A stretch of 64,000 bases of DNA from an uncultured Actinomycetota bacterium (lineage in GTDB: Bacteria > Actinomycetota > Actinomycetes > Mycobacteriales > Mycobacteriaceae). Shown here in pieces: positions 28,382 to 40,024 of the stretch. Each line of letters starts with the position of its first letter. Within the stretch, counting starts at the first letter, position 1. The notes under the pieces are model-generated. The model saw nothing but the letters and a program-made list of their open reading frames with translations, did no database searches and had not been told where the DNA came from. The stretch is taken from contig CAWDVY010000035.1 of the NCBI GenBank assembly GCA_963805675.1, positions 78,332-142,331 on the forward strand, written 5' to 3'. A program made the position numbers and the translations under genes.

Positions 28382-28395
28382 TCATTCTCAGTGGC

Positions 28396-28453
28396 CGAGC
28401 AGACGCAAAGGTGCCGCGACACGCCGAAGAAAAGGGACTTTTACGTCTGCTCG
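28396..28453. repeat. Mycobacterial REP-like palindrome after pheT
   Basis: CGAGCAGACGCAAAG ... TTTTACGTCTGCTCG arms. Confidence 0.7.
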
Positions 28454-28456
28454 CCA

Positions 28457-30975
28457 TCAGCTGCGTAGCACCGCGCCGAGCCGCTCGGCGGCACACCGCA
28501 CGGCCGCGTCGCGGGCCGCGCTGGCCTCGTCTTCGGTGAGGGTGCGATCGGCCGCGCGGAACCGCAGCGCGAACGTCAGCGACTTGCGATCCTCGCCGAC
28601 CTGCGGGCCCGTGTAGACGTCGAAGAGTCGGACGTCCTCGAGCAATTCCCCTGCGCCGGCGCGGACCGCGTCTGCCACCGTCTGCGCGGCGACGACCACG
28701 TCAACGACGAGGCTGACGTCCTGAAAGACCGCGGGAAACGGCGAAACCCGCGGTGCCGGCAGCGCCTCGACAATCGGAATGGCATCCAGATCGAGCTCGA
28801 TTGCGCAGGTTCCCTTCGGCAAGCCAGACCGCTCGATCACTGCGGGGTGCAGTTGTCCCGCGTGGCCGACGCTTTTCTCGTCGCCACCGACGCCGACGAG
28901 CACCTCCGCGCACCGACCCGGATGCCACGGCAGATAGTGTGCAGCCCGCAGCACCACCTCAATTCCGCTGGCACCGGCGATAATCCGGACCGCCTCGAAC
29001 GCATCGGCCGCTTCCGCGCGCCGGCCGTCGCCCCACGGGCCGCGCGGCTCCCTCAACCCGGTCAACACCGCCGCGACGTGCTGGGGTTGCTGCGGCAGCG
29101 ACGCGTCGAGCAGGGCGATCTCCGCGTCGGTGGGACGTCGGGCCACCGGGATCAGGCCGACGCTCTTTGTCTGCTCGGTCGGCTGCACCACCTGCGCTAT
29201 GGCGAACAGCGCGACGTCAGTGATGCCGCGGGACACGTTGCGCGCCAACGCCTCCAGTAATCCCGGCAGCAAGGTGGTGGCCAAATGCGGCCGGTCGGCC
29301 TCCAGCGGGTTGAGCACCTGCGTGGTGTTACGCCGCAGGTCGTCGGCGGGCAGCCCCCAAGCGTCGAAAACGCCGGCCGGCAGAAACGGCGTCGGAAGGA
29401 CCTCGACGTAGCCCGACACCGCCAGCGACTTGCCGATCGCACGGCGGCGGCGTTGCTGGGGCGACAGTCCGCGCCCGGCCGGCGCCGACGGCAGCACCGA
29501 GGGGATGACTTCCAGGCCCTCCAGCCGCAGCACCTCTTCGACCAGGTCGGCCGGCTGCACCAGGTCGGGCCGCCAGCTCGGCGGCGTCACGGTCAGGCTG
29601 TCGCCGTCACCGGCCACCGCGGCGCCGATCTGGGCCAGCCGCCGGGTCGTCGTGCCCGGGCGATAGCTCACCCCGGCCGTGCGATCCGGCAGGTCGGCCG
29701 CGATCCGGATCGGCGGCCCAGCCCAATCGGCGACCGAGTTGCCGACTGGCGGGTCGCCACGCCAGTCGGTCAGCGTTGCAGATACCTCGCCGCCGGCGAT
29801 ATCGGCGAGCAACGTGGCACAGCGGTCCAGCGCCGCCACCGATATCGCCGGGTCGACCTCGCGCTCGTAACGGCGAGCGGCTTCGCTGGGCAGGCGTAGC
29901 CGCCGCGCGGTGCGTGAGACCGCTGCTGGATCCCACACCGCGGCCTCCAGCAGCACATCCGTGGAGTCGTCGCGCATTTCGGTGCTGCCCGACCCCATCA
30001 CGCCACCGATCGCGGCAGTAGCGACGTCGTCGACGATCAGGACGTCGGCGGGGTTGAGCCGGCGCTCGATGTCGTCGAGCGTGACCACGGTCTCGCCGGA
30101 CCGGGCGAACCGCACCGCGAAGCCGCCGGTGATCCGCTTGAGGTCGTGCGCGTGCATCGGATGACCCAGTTCCAGCATCACGTAATTCGTCGCGTCGACG
30201 GCGGGCGAAATCGCTCGAATACCGCAGAGCAACAGCCGGCGCTGCAGCCACCACGGCGAGACAGCGGTCGGGTCGATGCCGCTCACCGGACGCAGAGCGA
30301 ACCGGCGTACACCAGTTTCGGGCTGCACGGTCAACGGCCAGGCATCCGCCTCGCGAGGCAATGGGGGCACTACATCGCTGGAGGCCGGGTCGACGAAGTC
30401 GAGGTCGTAGGCGCAGGCGATCTCACGGGCCAACCCGCGCACCGACATGCAGTAACCCCGGTCCGGCGTGATGGCGAGGTTGAAGACGACGTCGTCGAGG
30501 CCCAGCACCTCGACAGCGTCCGCGCCGGGCTCAGCAGTTGCGGGCGGCAGCACCAGGATTCCGGAATGCTCTGCGGCCAAGCCGAGTTCGGCGGCTGAGC
30601 AAATCATCCCGTCGGAGGTGCGACCGTAGGTCTTGCGCTGGGTGATCGTGAATCCGCCGGGCAGTGTCGTGCCGGGCAGCGCCACCACCACCAGATCGCC
30701 GGACGCAAAGTTAGTTGCACCGCAGATGATTTCGCGTATTTCGTCGTCGCCGACGTCGACTTTGCAGGCACTGATTGGCTTTTTGAATTCGGTGAGCTCG
30801 TCGATGTCGGTCACTCGACCCACGGTCAGCGGTCCGGTGACGGGGCCCAGGGTGATGACCTCTTCGACTTCATGGCCAATGCGCACCAGCGCCTGCTCGA
30901 GATCGGCGGGCGCCACGTCCCAGCCGGGAGCGCCGACGCTGACAACTTCCCGCAGCCAGCTGTAGGGAACGCGCA

Positions 30976-30976
<1 letters not shown>
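28457..30976 (-). CDS. pheT: Phenylalanine--tRNA ligase beta subunit
   Basis: [21 protein letters not shown]-terminal FDX-ACB (LFDVYTG...[10 protein letters not shown]). Confidence 0.97.
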
Positions 30977-32103
<1,127 letters not shown>

Positions 32104-32178
32104 TCATATGTGGTGTCGTCAGTGACGATCGGACGCCGTCAGCCTCTTGCGTCCGGCTACCGGGTGACGACTCGAGGT

Positions 32179-33492
32179 TCAGCGCGCAAGCAGCCGCTGC
32201 TTCAGCTGGGTGAACTCGTCGTCGGTCAGAACTTTGGAGTCGCGCAGTTCGGCGAGCTTCTGCAACTCGTCGGCGATACTCGTTATCGGACCGCTCAGCT
32301 CCCGCTGGGGTGGCCCCGGACGTTGCGGCCCGACAGCCGCTGCGGACTGCTGGCGGCCGAGGTCAACGGTGCCGCCCATGGCACGCCCGGCCATACCGGC
32401 CAGGGCCATCTGGCTGAACAGGCTTCCCGAGCTGCCCGTCCACACCGCCGGAGCGGCACTGGCGCCGGTCAACGGCAACGCTCTGGCGACGGTACGGAAC
32501 TCCGGGGCTGCCACGGCCCAGCCGGGCGGCGCCGACAGGCGCCCGACCACGCTCGCCTGACCCGTGCTCGCGGTCACCGCCGGGCCGGACGACAGCAGCG
32601 TGCCGGCGCCCGAACCGATCTCGCCCGCCATCGCGGGGCCCGCAGCACCCGTGAAGGCGGCGCCCGCGCCCGCCTCAGCAGAAAGGCGCGCTGCTCCGAT
32701 GGCTAGGTTGACCGTCGCCAGGCTCGCGGTATACGGCGTGACGAGGCCGAACAGGCTCAGATACGACTGCAGGGATGAGAAGCCGAGGTCATCCAGAATT
32801 CCCGAGAGCCCCGACGCGGACGGCGACGACTGTGCGAGCCCCTGCAGCGCGGCGGGGACGGCAGAAAGCAACTGCGGACCCATCGACGCGATGGTCTGAG
32901 CGCCGGTGCCGGCGGAGCTCGCGGCGGTTTGCGCGACCGCGCCGCTTTGGCCGAGCAGCCCGGCCGGGTTGGTGGTGTTGGGTGCCGGAGCGAACGGCGT
33001 CAACGCCGACGCGGCAGCAGACTGGCCGGCGTAGCCGTACATCGCGGCAGCATCCTGGGCCCACATTTCTGTGTACTGGGTCTCGGTCGCCGCGATCGCT
33101 GCGGCGTTCTGCCCCAACAAGTTCGTCGCGATCAATGACATCAATAGGCTGCGATTGGCGGCGACCACCGACGGTGGCACCGTCATCGCGAACGCCGCCT
33201 CGTAGGCACCGGCGGCCATCTTGGGTTGGGTAGCCGACCGCGCTGCCTGCGTCGCGACCGTCCTCATCCAGGTTACATTGGGCGTGGCCGCCGCCGCCAT
33301 CGACGCCGACGACGGCCCCAGCCACGGTCCACTGGTCAGTCCGGAGATCGCGGACTGGTAGGACGCGGCGGTGGACTCCAAGTCGGCAGCCAGCACGTCC
33401 CAGGCCGCCGATGCGGCCAGCATCGGACCCGAGCCGGGCCCGGCATAGATCCGGGCCGAGTTGATCTCTGGCGGCAGCAATGCGAAATCCAT
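32179..33492 (-). CDS. PPE family protein, SVP subgroup, with C-terminal SHOCT-like domain
   Basis: [20 protein letters not shown] (WxG), [15 protein letters not shown] (SVP-like), and [28 protein letters not shown]. Confidence 0.9.
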   Translation of the reverse strand: MDFALLPPEINSARIYAGPGSGPMLAASAAWDVLAADLESTAASYQSAISGLTSGPWLGPSSASMAAAATPNVTWMRTVATQAARSATQPKMAAGAYEAAFAMTVPPSVVAANRSLLMSLIATNLLGQNAAAIAATETQYTEMWAQDAAAMYGYAGQSAAASALTPFAPAPNTTNPAGLLGQSGAVAQTAASSAGTGAQTIASMGPQLLSAVPAALQGLAQSSPSASGLSGILDDLGFSSLQSYLSLFGLVTPYTASLATVNLAIGAARLSAEAGAGAAFTGAAGPAMAGEIGSGAGTLLSSGPAVTASTGQASVVGRLSAPPGWAVAAPEFRTVARALPLTGASAAPAVWTGSSGSLFSQMALAGMAGRAMGGTVDLGRQQSAAAVGPQRPGPPQRELSGPITSIADELQKLAELRDSKVLTDDEFTQLKQRLLAR

Positions 33493-33509
33493 GTCGTTGA
33501 CTCCAGCGC

Positions 33510-33614
33510 TCAGCCGGCGGCGATGGCGTTGGCGGCTTCGGGGGTGGCGTACGACGCGGCGCCGGCCGAAAGTGTTGCCGCCAGCAGTTCCGGCTGGATG
33601 GTTACGAACGACAT
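33510..33614 (-). CDS. Internally deleted PE gene (34-aa mini-PE; intact ORF or pseudogene)
   Basis: [13 protein letters not shown]|[21 protein letters not shown]: PE N-terminus joined in frame to PE C-terminus; purine-rich RBS AGAAGGGAAAG. Confidence 0.85.
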   Translation of the reverse strand: MSFVTIQPELLAATLSAGAASYATPEAANAIAAG

Positions 33615-33945
33615 GGACTTTCCCTTCTCTCAGCCGGGTCCCATGGACAACATCGTCCGACGGAATCGGCAAATAGACTGTGGCAGTGGAGTTCTCGAGA
33701 ACGCTTAGGACAGGGCCCCATGTGCGGTGACCAACTTCCCTAGTTAAGGTCCGGTGAACATCAGGGTAACTACGAGCTAATGAAAATCCGACAACTTTGC
33801 GGAAGTCGCCGGGTCGGGACGCAATACCCCGTCAAAAGGGCCGTTGGTCATTCGAATTTGGCTGAGCCGTCAGCCTGTATTCCCACACGCCGTGCGCGCG
33901 CTTGCCGCCGCAGCGCCCGGGCTTGAGTATTTTCGTGGGGTGGCG

Positions 33946-36900
33946 ATGCCCCAGACTCCCGATCACGTCCCGGCGCAATACCTGTCGTCGGCGCGCGCGC
34001 CGAGCCCGCGCACGCTCATCGACGTCCTCTACGACACCGCCGCGCGCTACCCGGAAGCCGCGGCGATCGACGACGGCACTGTCCAACTCACCTATAGCGA
34101 GCTGATCGGCGACATCGAAGCGAGCGTCGCCTGGCTGGCCGCCCGAGGTATCGGTCGTGGCGATCGGATCGGCATCCGGATGCCGTCGGGCAGCTTTGCG
34201 TTGTATGAGGCGATCTTGGCAACGCTGGCCGCAGGCGCGGCCTATGTACCTGTCGACGCCGACGACCCCGACGAACGCGCCGAATTGGTGTTCGGCGAGG
34301 CCAACGTCGTCGCGGTCGTCACCGAGGCCGGCATGGCACGTGGTCCGGGCTCGTCGCGCGGCTGGCGAGCCGGGGCGCCGCTGCCTCGCGACGACGCCTG
34401 GATCATCTTCACGTCCGGATCGACCGGCACGCCGAAAGGCGTTGCCGTCACCCACCGCAACGCTGCCGCGTTCGTCGACGCAGAGGCGCAGATGTTCCTG
34501 CAGGACAACCCGATTGGGCCGGGTGACCGGGTGCTGGCCGGGCTGTCGGTGGCTTTCGACGCGTCGTGCGAAGAGATGTGGCTGGCGTGGCGACACGGCG
34601 CGTGCCTGGTCCCGGCGCCGCGGTCGCTGGTGCGCAGCGGAATGGACCTTGGTCCGTGGCTGATCACCCGGGACGTGACCGTGGTGTCGACGGTGCCGAC
34701 ACTGGCCGCGCTCTGGCCTGCCGAGGCGCTTGAAGCGGTGCGGCTGTTGATCTTCGGCGGAGAGGCCTGTCCGCCGGAACTGGCCTCTCGGCTCGCCGTC
34801 GAGGGTCGGGAGGTGTGGAACACCTACGGCCCCACCGAGGCCACCGTGGTCGCATGTGCGGCCCGGCTCGACGACGCCGGCCCGGTGCGCATCGGCCTGC
34901 CGCTACCGGGCTGGGACCTGGCCGTCGTCGACGCCGACGGCCGGCCGGTGCGCCACGGTGACGTCGGTGAGCTCGTGATCGGCGGTGTAGGCCTGGCCCG
35001 CTACCTCGACCAGGAGAAAGACGCCGAGAAATACGCGCCGATGCCGACGCTGGGCTGGCGGCGCGCCTACCGCAGCGGCGACCTGGTTCGGTTGGAAAGC
35101 GAAGGCCTGATCTTCTGCGGCCGCGCCGATGACCAGGTCAAGGTCGGGGGCCGTCGAATCGAGTTGGGCGAGGTCGACGCTGCGCTGGTGCACCTTCCAG
35201 GAGTCAGCGGCGGTGCTTCGGCGATTCGCCGGACGGCTGCCGGCACGCCGGTGCTGGTGGGCTACGTCGTCAGCGCCGACCCGGAATTCGACATGGCCAC
35301 CGCGCGCACCCGGCTCGCTGAGCGGCTTCCCGCTGCGCTGGTGCCGCGCCTTGTCCGGGTCGACGAGCTGCCCACCCGCACGTCCGGCAAGGTCGACCGC
35401 GACGCGCTGCCCTGGCCGCCGCCGGGCGGCGCCGACACGGAGCGAACGCCCACCCTCAGCGGCACGACCGGCTGGGTGGCCGGACTGTGGCGGGATCTCC
35501 TCGGCACCGCCGTCGCGGGCCCGGAAGCCGACTTCTTCGCGCTCGGCGGCGCCTCGCTGGCCGCAGCGCAGCTTGTCGCCGCCCTGCGAGACCGGTATCC
35601 GCAGGTCACCGTCGCCGACCTGTACGACCATCCACGACTCGGGTCGCTCGCCGGTTTCCTCGACGAGCTCGACCCGCCGCCGGCGGTCATCGAGCGGGTG
35701 GTGCAACCAACCCCGCGGCTGGCGCAGCTCGCACAGATCGCGCTCTCGGTGCCGCTGGCGACCCTGGCGGCGCTGCAGTGGGTGACGTGGTTGGCGCTGG
35801 GCAACAACGTCGCCCGCGCCCTACACCTGGTGCCGTGGACCGTCGCGGTGAACTGGTGGGTGGTTGTCGCGGCGTTCATCGTGTTCGTCACGCCGGTCGG
35901 CCGGATGGCCATCGCGGTGCTCGCCGCGCGGACGTTGCTGTCGAACGTGCGGCCGGGCACCTACCGCCGCGGCGGGTGGGTGCACCTGCGAGTGTGGCTG
36001 GCCGAGCGGCTCGCCGAGGCCAGCGGCGCTCACAACCTGGCCGGGGCGCCCTGGCTGGTGTACTACGCGCGCGCACTGGGCGCAGACATCGGCAAGGGTG
36101 TCGACCTGCACTCGATGCCGCCGGTCACCGGGTTGCTGACGCTCGGGCACCGCAGCGCAGTCGAACCCGAGGTGGATTTGTGCGGGCACTGGATCGACGG
36201 CGACGCGTTCCACCTCGGCGCGATCACGATCGGCAACGACGCGACGATCGGGGCGCGCACGACACTGCTGCCCGGCGCCGTCGTCGGCAAGAACGCCGAC
36301 GTCGCGCCCGGCTCGGGGGTCGTCGGGAAGGTCAAGAGCCGTCAGTACTGGAAGGGCTCGCCCGCAGAGAAGTCCGGTCGGGTGAAGCACCCATGGCCGG
36401 ACGAACGGCCGGCCCGCAGACCCCATTGGGTCGCCGTGTACGCGCTGACGTCGGTGCTGCTGGCCGGGTTGCCGCTGATCGCTCTGGCGACGGGGCTTGT
36501 GCTGATCGGAGTGGGTGTCCAGCACACCCGCCGGTTGTCGCAGGCAATAGTGCCCGCGCTGCTGTGGACGCCGGCCGCGACGGCGGCTGCGCTGGCGGTG
36601 TACGCGCTGATCACGGTCGTGGCGGTGCGGATGCTCTCGATCGGGCTGCGGGAGGGTTACCACCCGGTGCGCAGCCGCAGCGGTTGGCAGCTGTGGGCGA
36701 CCGAGCGGCTGATGGACGGTGCGCGCAATTACCTGTTCCCGCTGTATGCAAGCCTGCTCACACCGGCCTGGCTGCGACTGCTCGGCGCCAAAGTGGGCCG
36801 CGGCACCGAGATCTCCACGGTGTTGCTGAACCCCAAGTTCGCCGTGATAGAGGATGGCGCGTTCCTGGCCGACGACACCATGGTCGCGTCGTACGAGCTG

Positions 36901-37863
36901 GGCGGCGGCTGGATCTACATGGCCACCACCACGGTCGGCAGACGCGCGTTTCTCGGCAACTCGGGCATCACCCAGCCGGGCCGCCGCGTGCCGGAAGACG
37001 GCCTTGTCGCGGTGTTGTCGGCGGCGCCGCCGAAAGCGAAACGCGGCTCGTCCTGGCTGGGCAGCCCACCAATGCGGCTGCGCAGGCGTCCCGCCGAGGG
37101 CGACGCGGCCCGCACGTACGAACCACCGTGGCGGTTGAAGGCGATGCGGGCGATCGTGGAGTCGTGGCGGGTGCTGCCGGTGATGGTGACCGCCGCGATC
37201 GGGCTGGCCGTGCTGGGGGCACTGCAGGCACTGGCACGGATCTACGGCGTCTGGTGCGCCGCGCTGTGCGGCGGGCTGGTGTTGCTGGCCGCGGGTGGGC
37301 TCGCCGCCACTGTGGCGGTCGCCGCGAAATGGCTTCTGGTGGGCCGAATTCGGGCGGGCGAGTTTCCGCTGTGGTCGTCGTTCGTGTGGCGTAACGAGCT
37401 CGCCGACACGTTTGTGGAAACCGTCGCCGCGCCGTGGTTCGCCCGCGCGGCCAGCGGGACGCCGGTGATGAACCTTTGGCTACGCGCACTGGGGGCCGAT
37501 GTCGGCCGTGGCGCTTGGTGTGAAACCTATTGGCTGCCAGAGGCCGATCTTGTCACGCTGGGCCGGGGCGCCACCGTCAACCGCGGCTGTGTGGTGCAGA
37601 CACATCTGTTCCACGACCGGATCATGCGGATGGACGCGGTCGTGTTGGAAGCCGGTGCGACGCTGGGCCCGCACAGCGTCGCGCTGCCGGCGGCCAGGCT
37701 CGGTGCGGGCGTGACCGTCGGTCCCGCGTCGCTGGTGGTGCGCGGCGACGAGGTGCCGCGGTCGACACGCTGGCAAGGCAATCCGATCAGGCCCTGGAAT
37801 GCCGTTGCCCGGGAAAAGACCGGCAAAAAGGCCGATCGCGGAGTCGAGGGCACCGCGGCGTGA
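33946..37863 (+). CDS. Pls/PosA-family single-module membrane NRPS (homopoly-amino-acid synthetase-like)
   Basis: A domain (FTSGSTGTPKG, FDASCEEMW, YGPTE, YRSGD, SGKVDR), T domain (DFFALGGASL), then TM pairs alternating with three hexapeptide-repeat C-terminal domains. Confidence 0.9.
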   Translation: MPQTPDHVPAQYLSSARAPSPRTLIDVLYDTAARYPEAAAIDDGTVQLTYSELIGDIEASVAWLAARGIGRGDRIGIRMPSGSFALYEAILATLAAGAAYVPVDADDPDERAELVFGEANVVAVVTEAGMARGPGSSRGWRAGAPLPRDDAWIIFTSGSTGTPKGVAVTHRNAAAFVDAEAQMFLQDNPIGPGDRVLAGLSVAFDASCEEMWLAWRHGACLVPAPRSLVRSGMDLGPWLITRDVTVVSTVPTLAALWPAEALEAVRLLIFGGEACPPELASRLAVEGREVWNTYGPTEATVVACAARLDDAGPVRIGLPLPGWDLAVVDADGRPVRHGDVGELVIGGVGLARYLDQEKDAEKYAPMPTLGWRRAYRSGDLVRLESEGLIFCGRADDQVKVGGRRIELGEVDAALVHLPGVSGGASAIRRTAAGTPVLVGYVVSADPEFDMATARTRLAERLPAALVPRLVRVDELPTRTSGKVDRDALPWPPPGGADTERTPTLSGTTGWVAGLWRDLLGTAVAGPEADFFALGGASLAAAQLVAALRDRYPQVTVADLYDHPRLGSLAGFLDELDPPPAVIERVVQPTPRLAQLAQIALSVPLATLAALQWVTWLALGNNVARALHLVPWTVAVNWWVVVAAFIVFVTPVGRMAIAVLAARTLLSNVRPGTYRRGGWVHLRVWLAERLAEASGAHNLAGAPWLVYYARALGADIGKGVDLHSMPPVTGLLTLGHRSAVEPEVDLCGHWIDGDAFHLGAITIGNDATIGARTTLLPGAVVGKNADVAPGSGVVGKVKSRQYWKGSPAEKSGRVKHPWPDERPARRPHWVAVYALTSVLLAGLPLIALATGLVLIGVGVQHTRRLSQAIVPALLWTPAATAAALAVYALITVVAVRMLSIGLREGYHPVRSRSGWQLWATERLMDGARNYLFPLYASLLTPAWLRLLGAKVGRGTEISTVLLNPKFAVIEDGAFLADDTMVASYELGGGWIYMATTTVGRRAFLGNSGITQPGRRVPEDGLVAVLSAAPPKAKRGSSWLGSPPMRLRRRPAEGDAARTYEPPWRLKAMRAIVESWRVLPVMVTAAIGLAVLGALQALARIYGVWCAALCGGLVLLAAGGLAATVAVAAKWLLVGRIRAGEFPLWSSFVWRNELADTFVETVAAPWFARAASGTPVMNLWLRALGADVGRGAWCETYWLPEADLVTLGRGATVNRGCVVQTHLFHDRIMRMDAVVLEAGATLGPHSVALPAARLGAGVTVGPASLVVRGDEVPRSTRWQGNPIRPWNAVAREKTGKKADRGVEGTAA

Positions 37864-39206
37864 AACCTTCCGCCAAGAAATCGGCGCCAAAGAACGCCCG
37901 GGGTGGCGCTGAGCACACGGTGATCGACCCGTACCTGCCGAGGAACGGCAATCTCGGCTATCGGGTGTCGCGCTACGAACTGGATCTGGAATACAAGGTC
38001 GCGATCAACCGGCTTTCGGGATTGGTGACCATCACTGCGGAGACGCTGACCGAGTTGGCGGAGTTCGCGCTCGACCTGTCCGATGCGATGACGGTGTCGA
38101 AGGTATCGGTGAACGGTAAGCGCGCCGCGCACTTCGCTTGCCGCGACCGTAAATTGCGCATTCGACTGTCCTCGAGGCTGGCTTCCGGAGCGGTGTTGTC
38201 GATCGTCGTGCACTACCACGGTTCACCGCGACCGCTGCGGTCGTTGTGGGGTGACGTTGGTTTCGAGGAACTGACCAATGGCGCGCTGGTCGCCGGGCAG
38301 CCCAACGGTGCCCCGTCGTGGTTCCCCTGCGACGACCATCCCAGCGCCAAGGCCTCCTTCCGCATACAGGTCAGCACCGATAATCCCTACCGGCTCGTCG
38401 CCAACGGCAAGCTGGTATCGCGGCGGGTGCGGGCGGCGCAGACCGTGTGGACCTACGAACAACCCGAGCCGACCTCGACCTATCTCGTCACCCTGCAGAT
38501 CGGGATGTACGAGATGACGCGGCTGACCAGAACACCGGTGCCGATGCGGGCCGCGTTTCCCGAGCGTCTGCGACGCAACTTCGACCATGACTTCGCGCGC
38601 CAACCCGAGATGATGGAACTGTTTATCGAGCTGTTCGGGCCCTATCCGCTGGCGAACGGTTACACCGTCGTCGTGACCGACGACGCGTTGGAAATACCTC
38701 TTGAAGCCCAAGGGATTTCGATATTCGGCGCCAATCACTGCGACGGCTCGCGGGACAGCGAACGGCTCATCGCCCATGAGCTGGCCCACCAGTGGTTCGG
38801 CAACTCCGTCACTGCGCGGCAGTGGCGCGACATCTGGCTGCACGAAGGATTCGCGAGCTACGCGGAGTGGCTGTGGTCGGAACACAGTGGCGGGCCCAGC
38901 GCCGACGACCTCGCCCGCCAATACCACGAAAAGCTGCGCGAGGCGCCACAGGATCTGCTGCTGGCCGACCCCGGACCACGCGACATGTTCGACGACCGGG
39001 TGTACAAGCGTGGCGCGCTGACCCTGCACGCGCTGCGCCGGCGACTAGGCGACGAGAAATTCTTTGCATTGCTCGACGATTGGACGACCCGCTACCGTCA
39101 CGCCAGCGTCGTCACCGACGACTTCACCGGCCTGGCCGCCGGCTATTGCGACGAATCGCTGGCGCAGTTGTGGGATGCCTGGCTTTACTCGCGGGAAGTG
39201 CCTTAG
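37860..39206 (+). CDS. M1 family metallo-aminopeptidase
   Basis: HELAHQW...WLHEGFA (HEXXH-18-E), VYKRGA; GTGA overlap with the NRPS stop. Confidence 0.92.
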   Translation: MKPSAKKSAPKNARGGAEHTVIDPYLPRNGNLGYRVSRYELDLEYKVAINRLSGLVTITAETLTELAEFALDLSDAMTVSKVSVNGKRAAHFACRDRKLRIRLSSRLASGAVLSIVVHYHGSPRPLRSLWGDVGFEELTNGALVAGQPNGAPSWFPCDDHPSAKASFRIQVSTDNPYRLVANGKLVSRRVRAAQTVWTYEQPEPTSTYLVTLQIGMYEMTRLTRTPVPMRAAFPERLRRNFDHDFARQPEMMELFIELFGPYPLANGYTVVVTDDALEIPLEAQGISIFGANHCDGSRDSERLIAHELAHQWFGNSVTARQWRDIWLHEGFASYAEWLWSEHSGGPSADDLARQYHEKLREAPQDLLLADPGPRDMFDDRVYKRGALTLHALRRRLGDEKFFALLDDWTTRYRHASVVTDDFTGLAAGYCDESLAQLWDAWLYSREVP

Positions 39207-39214
39207 CGAGTGCC

Positions 39215-40021
39215 TTAGCCGTTGAGCACCGGCTCAGGCGGCAACGGGGCCGACGCCAGCCGTCGACGCATCATGCGCGGGCGGGCGATGAGCTCAGCAG
39301 CCACAGCGCCCACCACGCCGACGCTCGCCGCGCCCAACATCGACCAGGCGCCGTGCGCCAACATCAAGAACCCGAAGACCGCGGAAACGGCCAGCAATAC
39401 GCACCGGACCCGCGTCCACCGGGCCGGGCCCCCCAGCCAGAGGGAGACCAGCATGCCCAAGAACAGCGCGACGGAGTGTCCGACGTCGGTGAAATCGTCG
39501 CCCAGTGCGGCTGCCGCAACAGCGACCGGAACCCACCAGCCAATCCAGATCGGCCTCCACCGGCGAGGTATCGCCGCGGTCAGCGCGCCCAGCACCGCCA
39601 CTGCGCCGTAGCTCACACCGACATCACTGGCGCGCGAAATCGACAGCGGCAACCAGCCGAACTCGACCGCCGCGGTGAGGCCGACGGCGACCAGCAGCGT
39701 CGCACCGATGTGGCCGGTGACAAACACAATGGCCAGCCGCCCGCTGCGCCAGATCAGTTCGGCCAATGCGAGCAGGCACACCAGGCACGGGAGCCAGAAG
39801 TACATCGGACCGGCATCGGTGACAAATGCACTGCCGAACAGGGTGGCCAGGTGACCGTGTGCGAGGTTGTGCAAGTTGGTGCTGGCCTGCGCGATGACCC
39901 GCGCGCGCACCCGCGGACCGAGATCCACCAGCGCCACGCTGACCCCGACCAAAACGGCCGCGTAGCCCAGCGTGATCCGCACCCGCGAAAGTGGCGACAA
40001 TATCCGCACTATCATCGCCAT
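39215..40021 (-). CDS. Rhomboid-like membrane protein
   Basis: Multi-TM; STNLHNL, GHIGATL, DVGVSYG, FTDVGH. Confidence 0.7.
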   Translation of the reverse strand: MAMIVRILSPLSRVRITLGYAAVLVGVSVALVDLGPRVRARVIAQASTNLHNLAHGHLATLFGSAFVTDAGPMYFWLPCLVCLLALAELIWRSGRLAIVFVTGHIGATLLVAVGLTAAVEFGWLPLSISRASDVGVSYGAVAVLGALTAAIPRRWRPIWIGWWVPVAVAAAALGDDFTDVGHSVALFLGMLVSLWLGGPARWTRVRCVLLAVSAVFGFLMLAHGAWSMLGAASVGVVGAVAAELIARPRMMRRRLASAPLPPEPVLNG

Positions 40022-40024
40022 CTA

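Noticed and set aside
35487-37394. Long alternative-frame and antisense ORFs across NRPS, uvrA, pheT and the arg genes
   Set aside because: Expected shadow ORFs in high-GC DNA; Arg/Pro/Ala-rich with no motifs.
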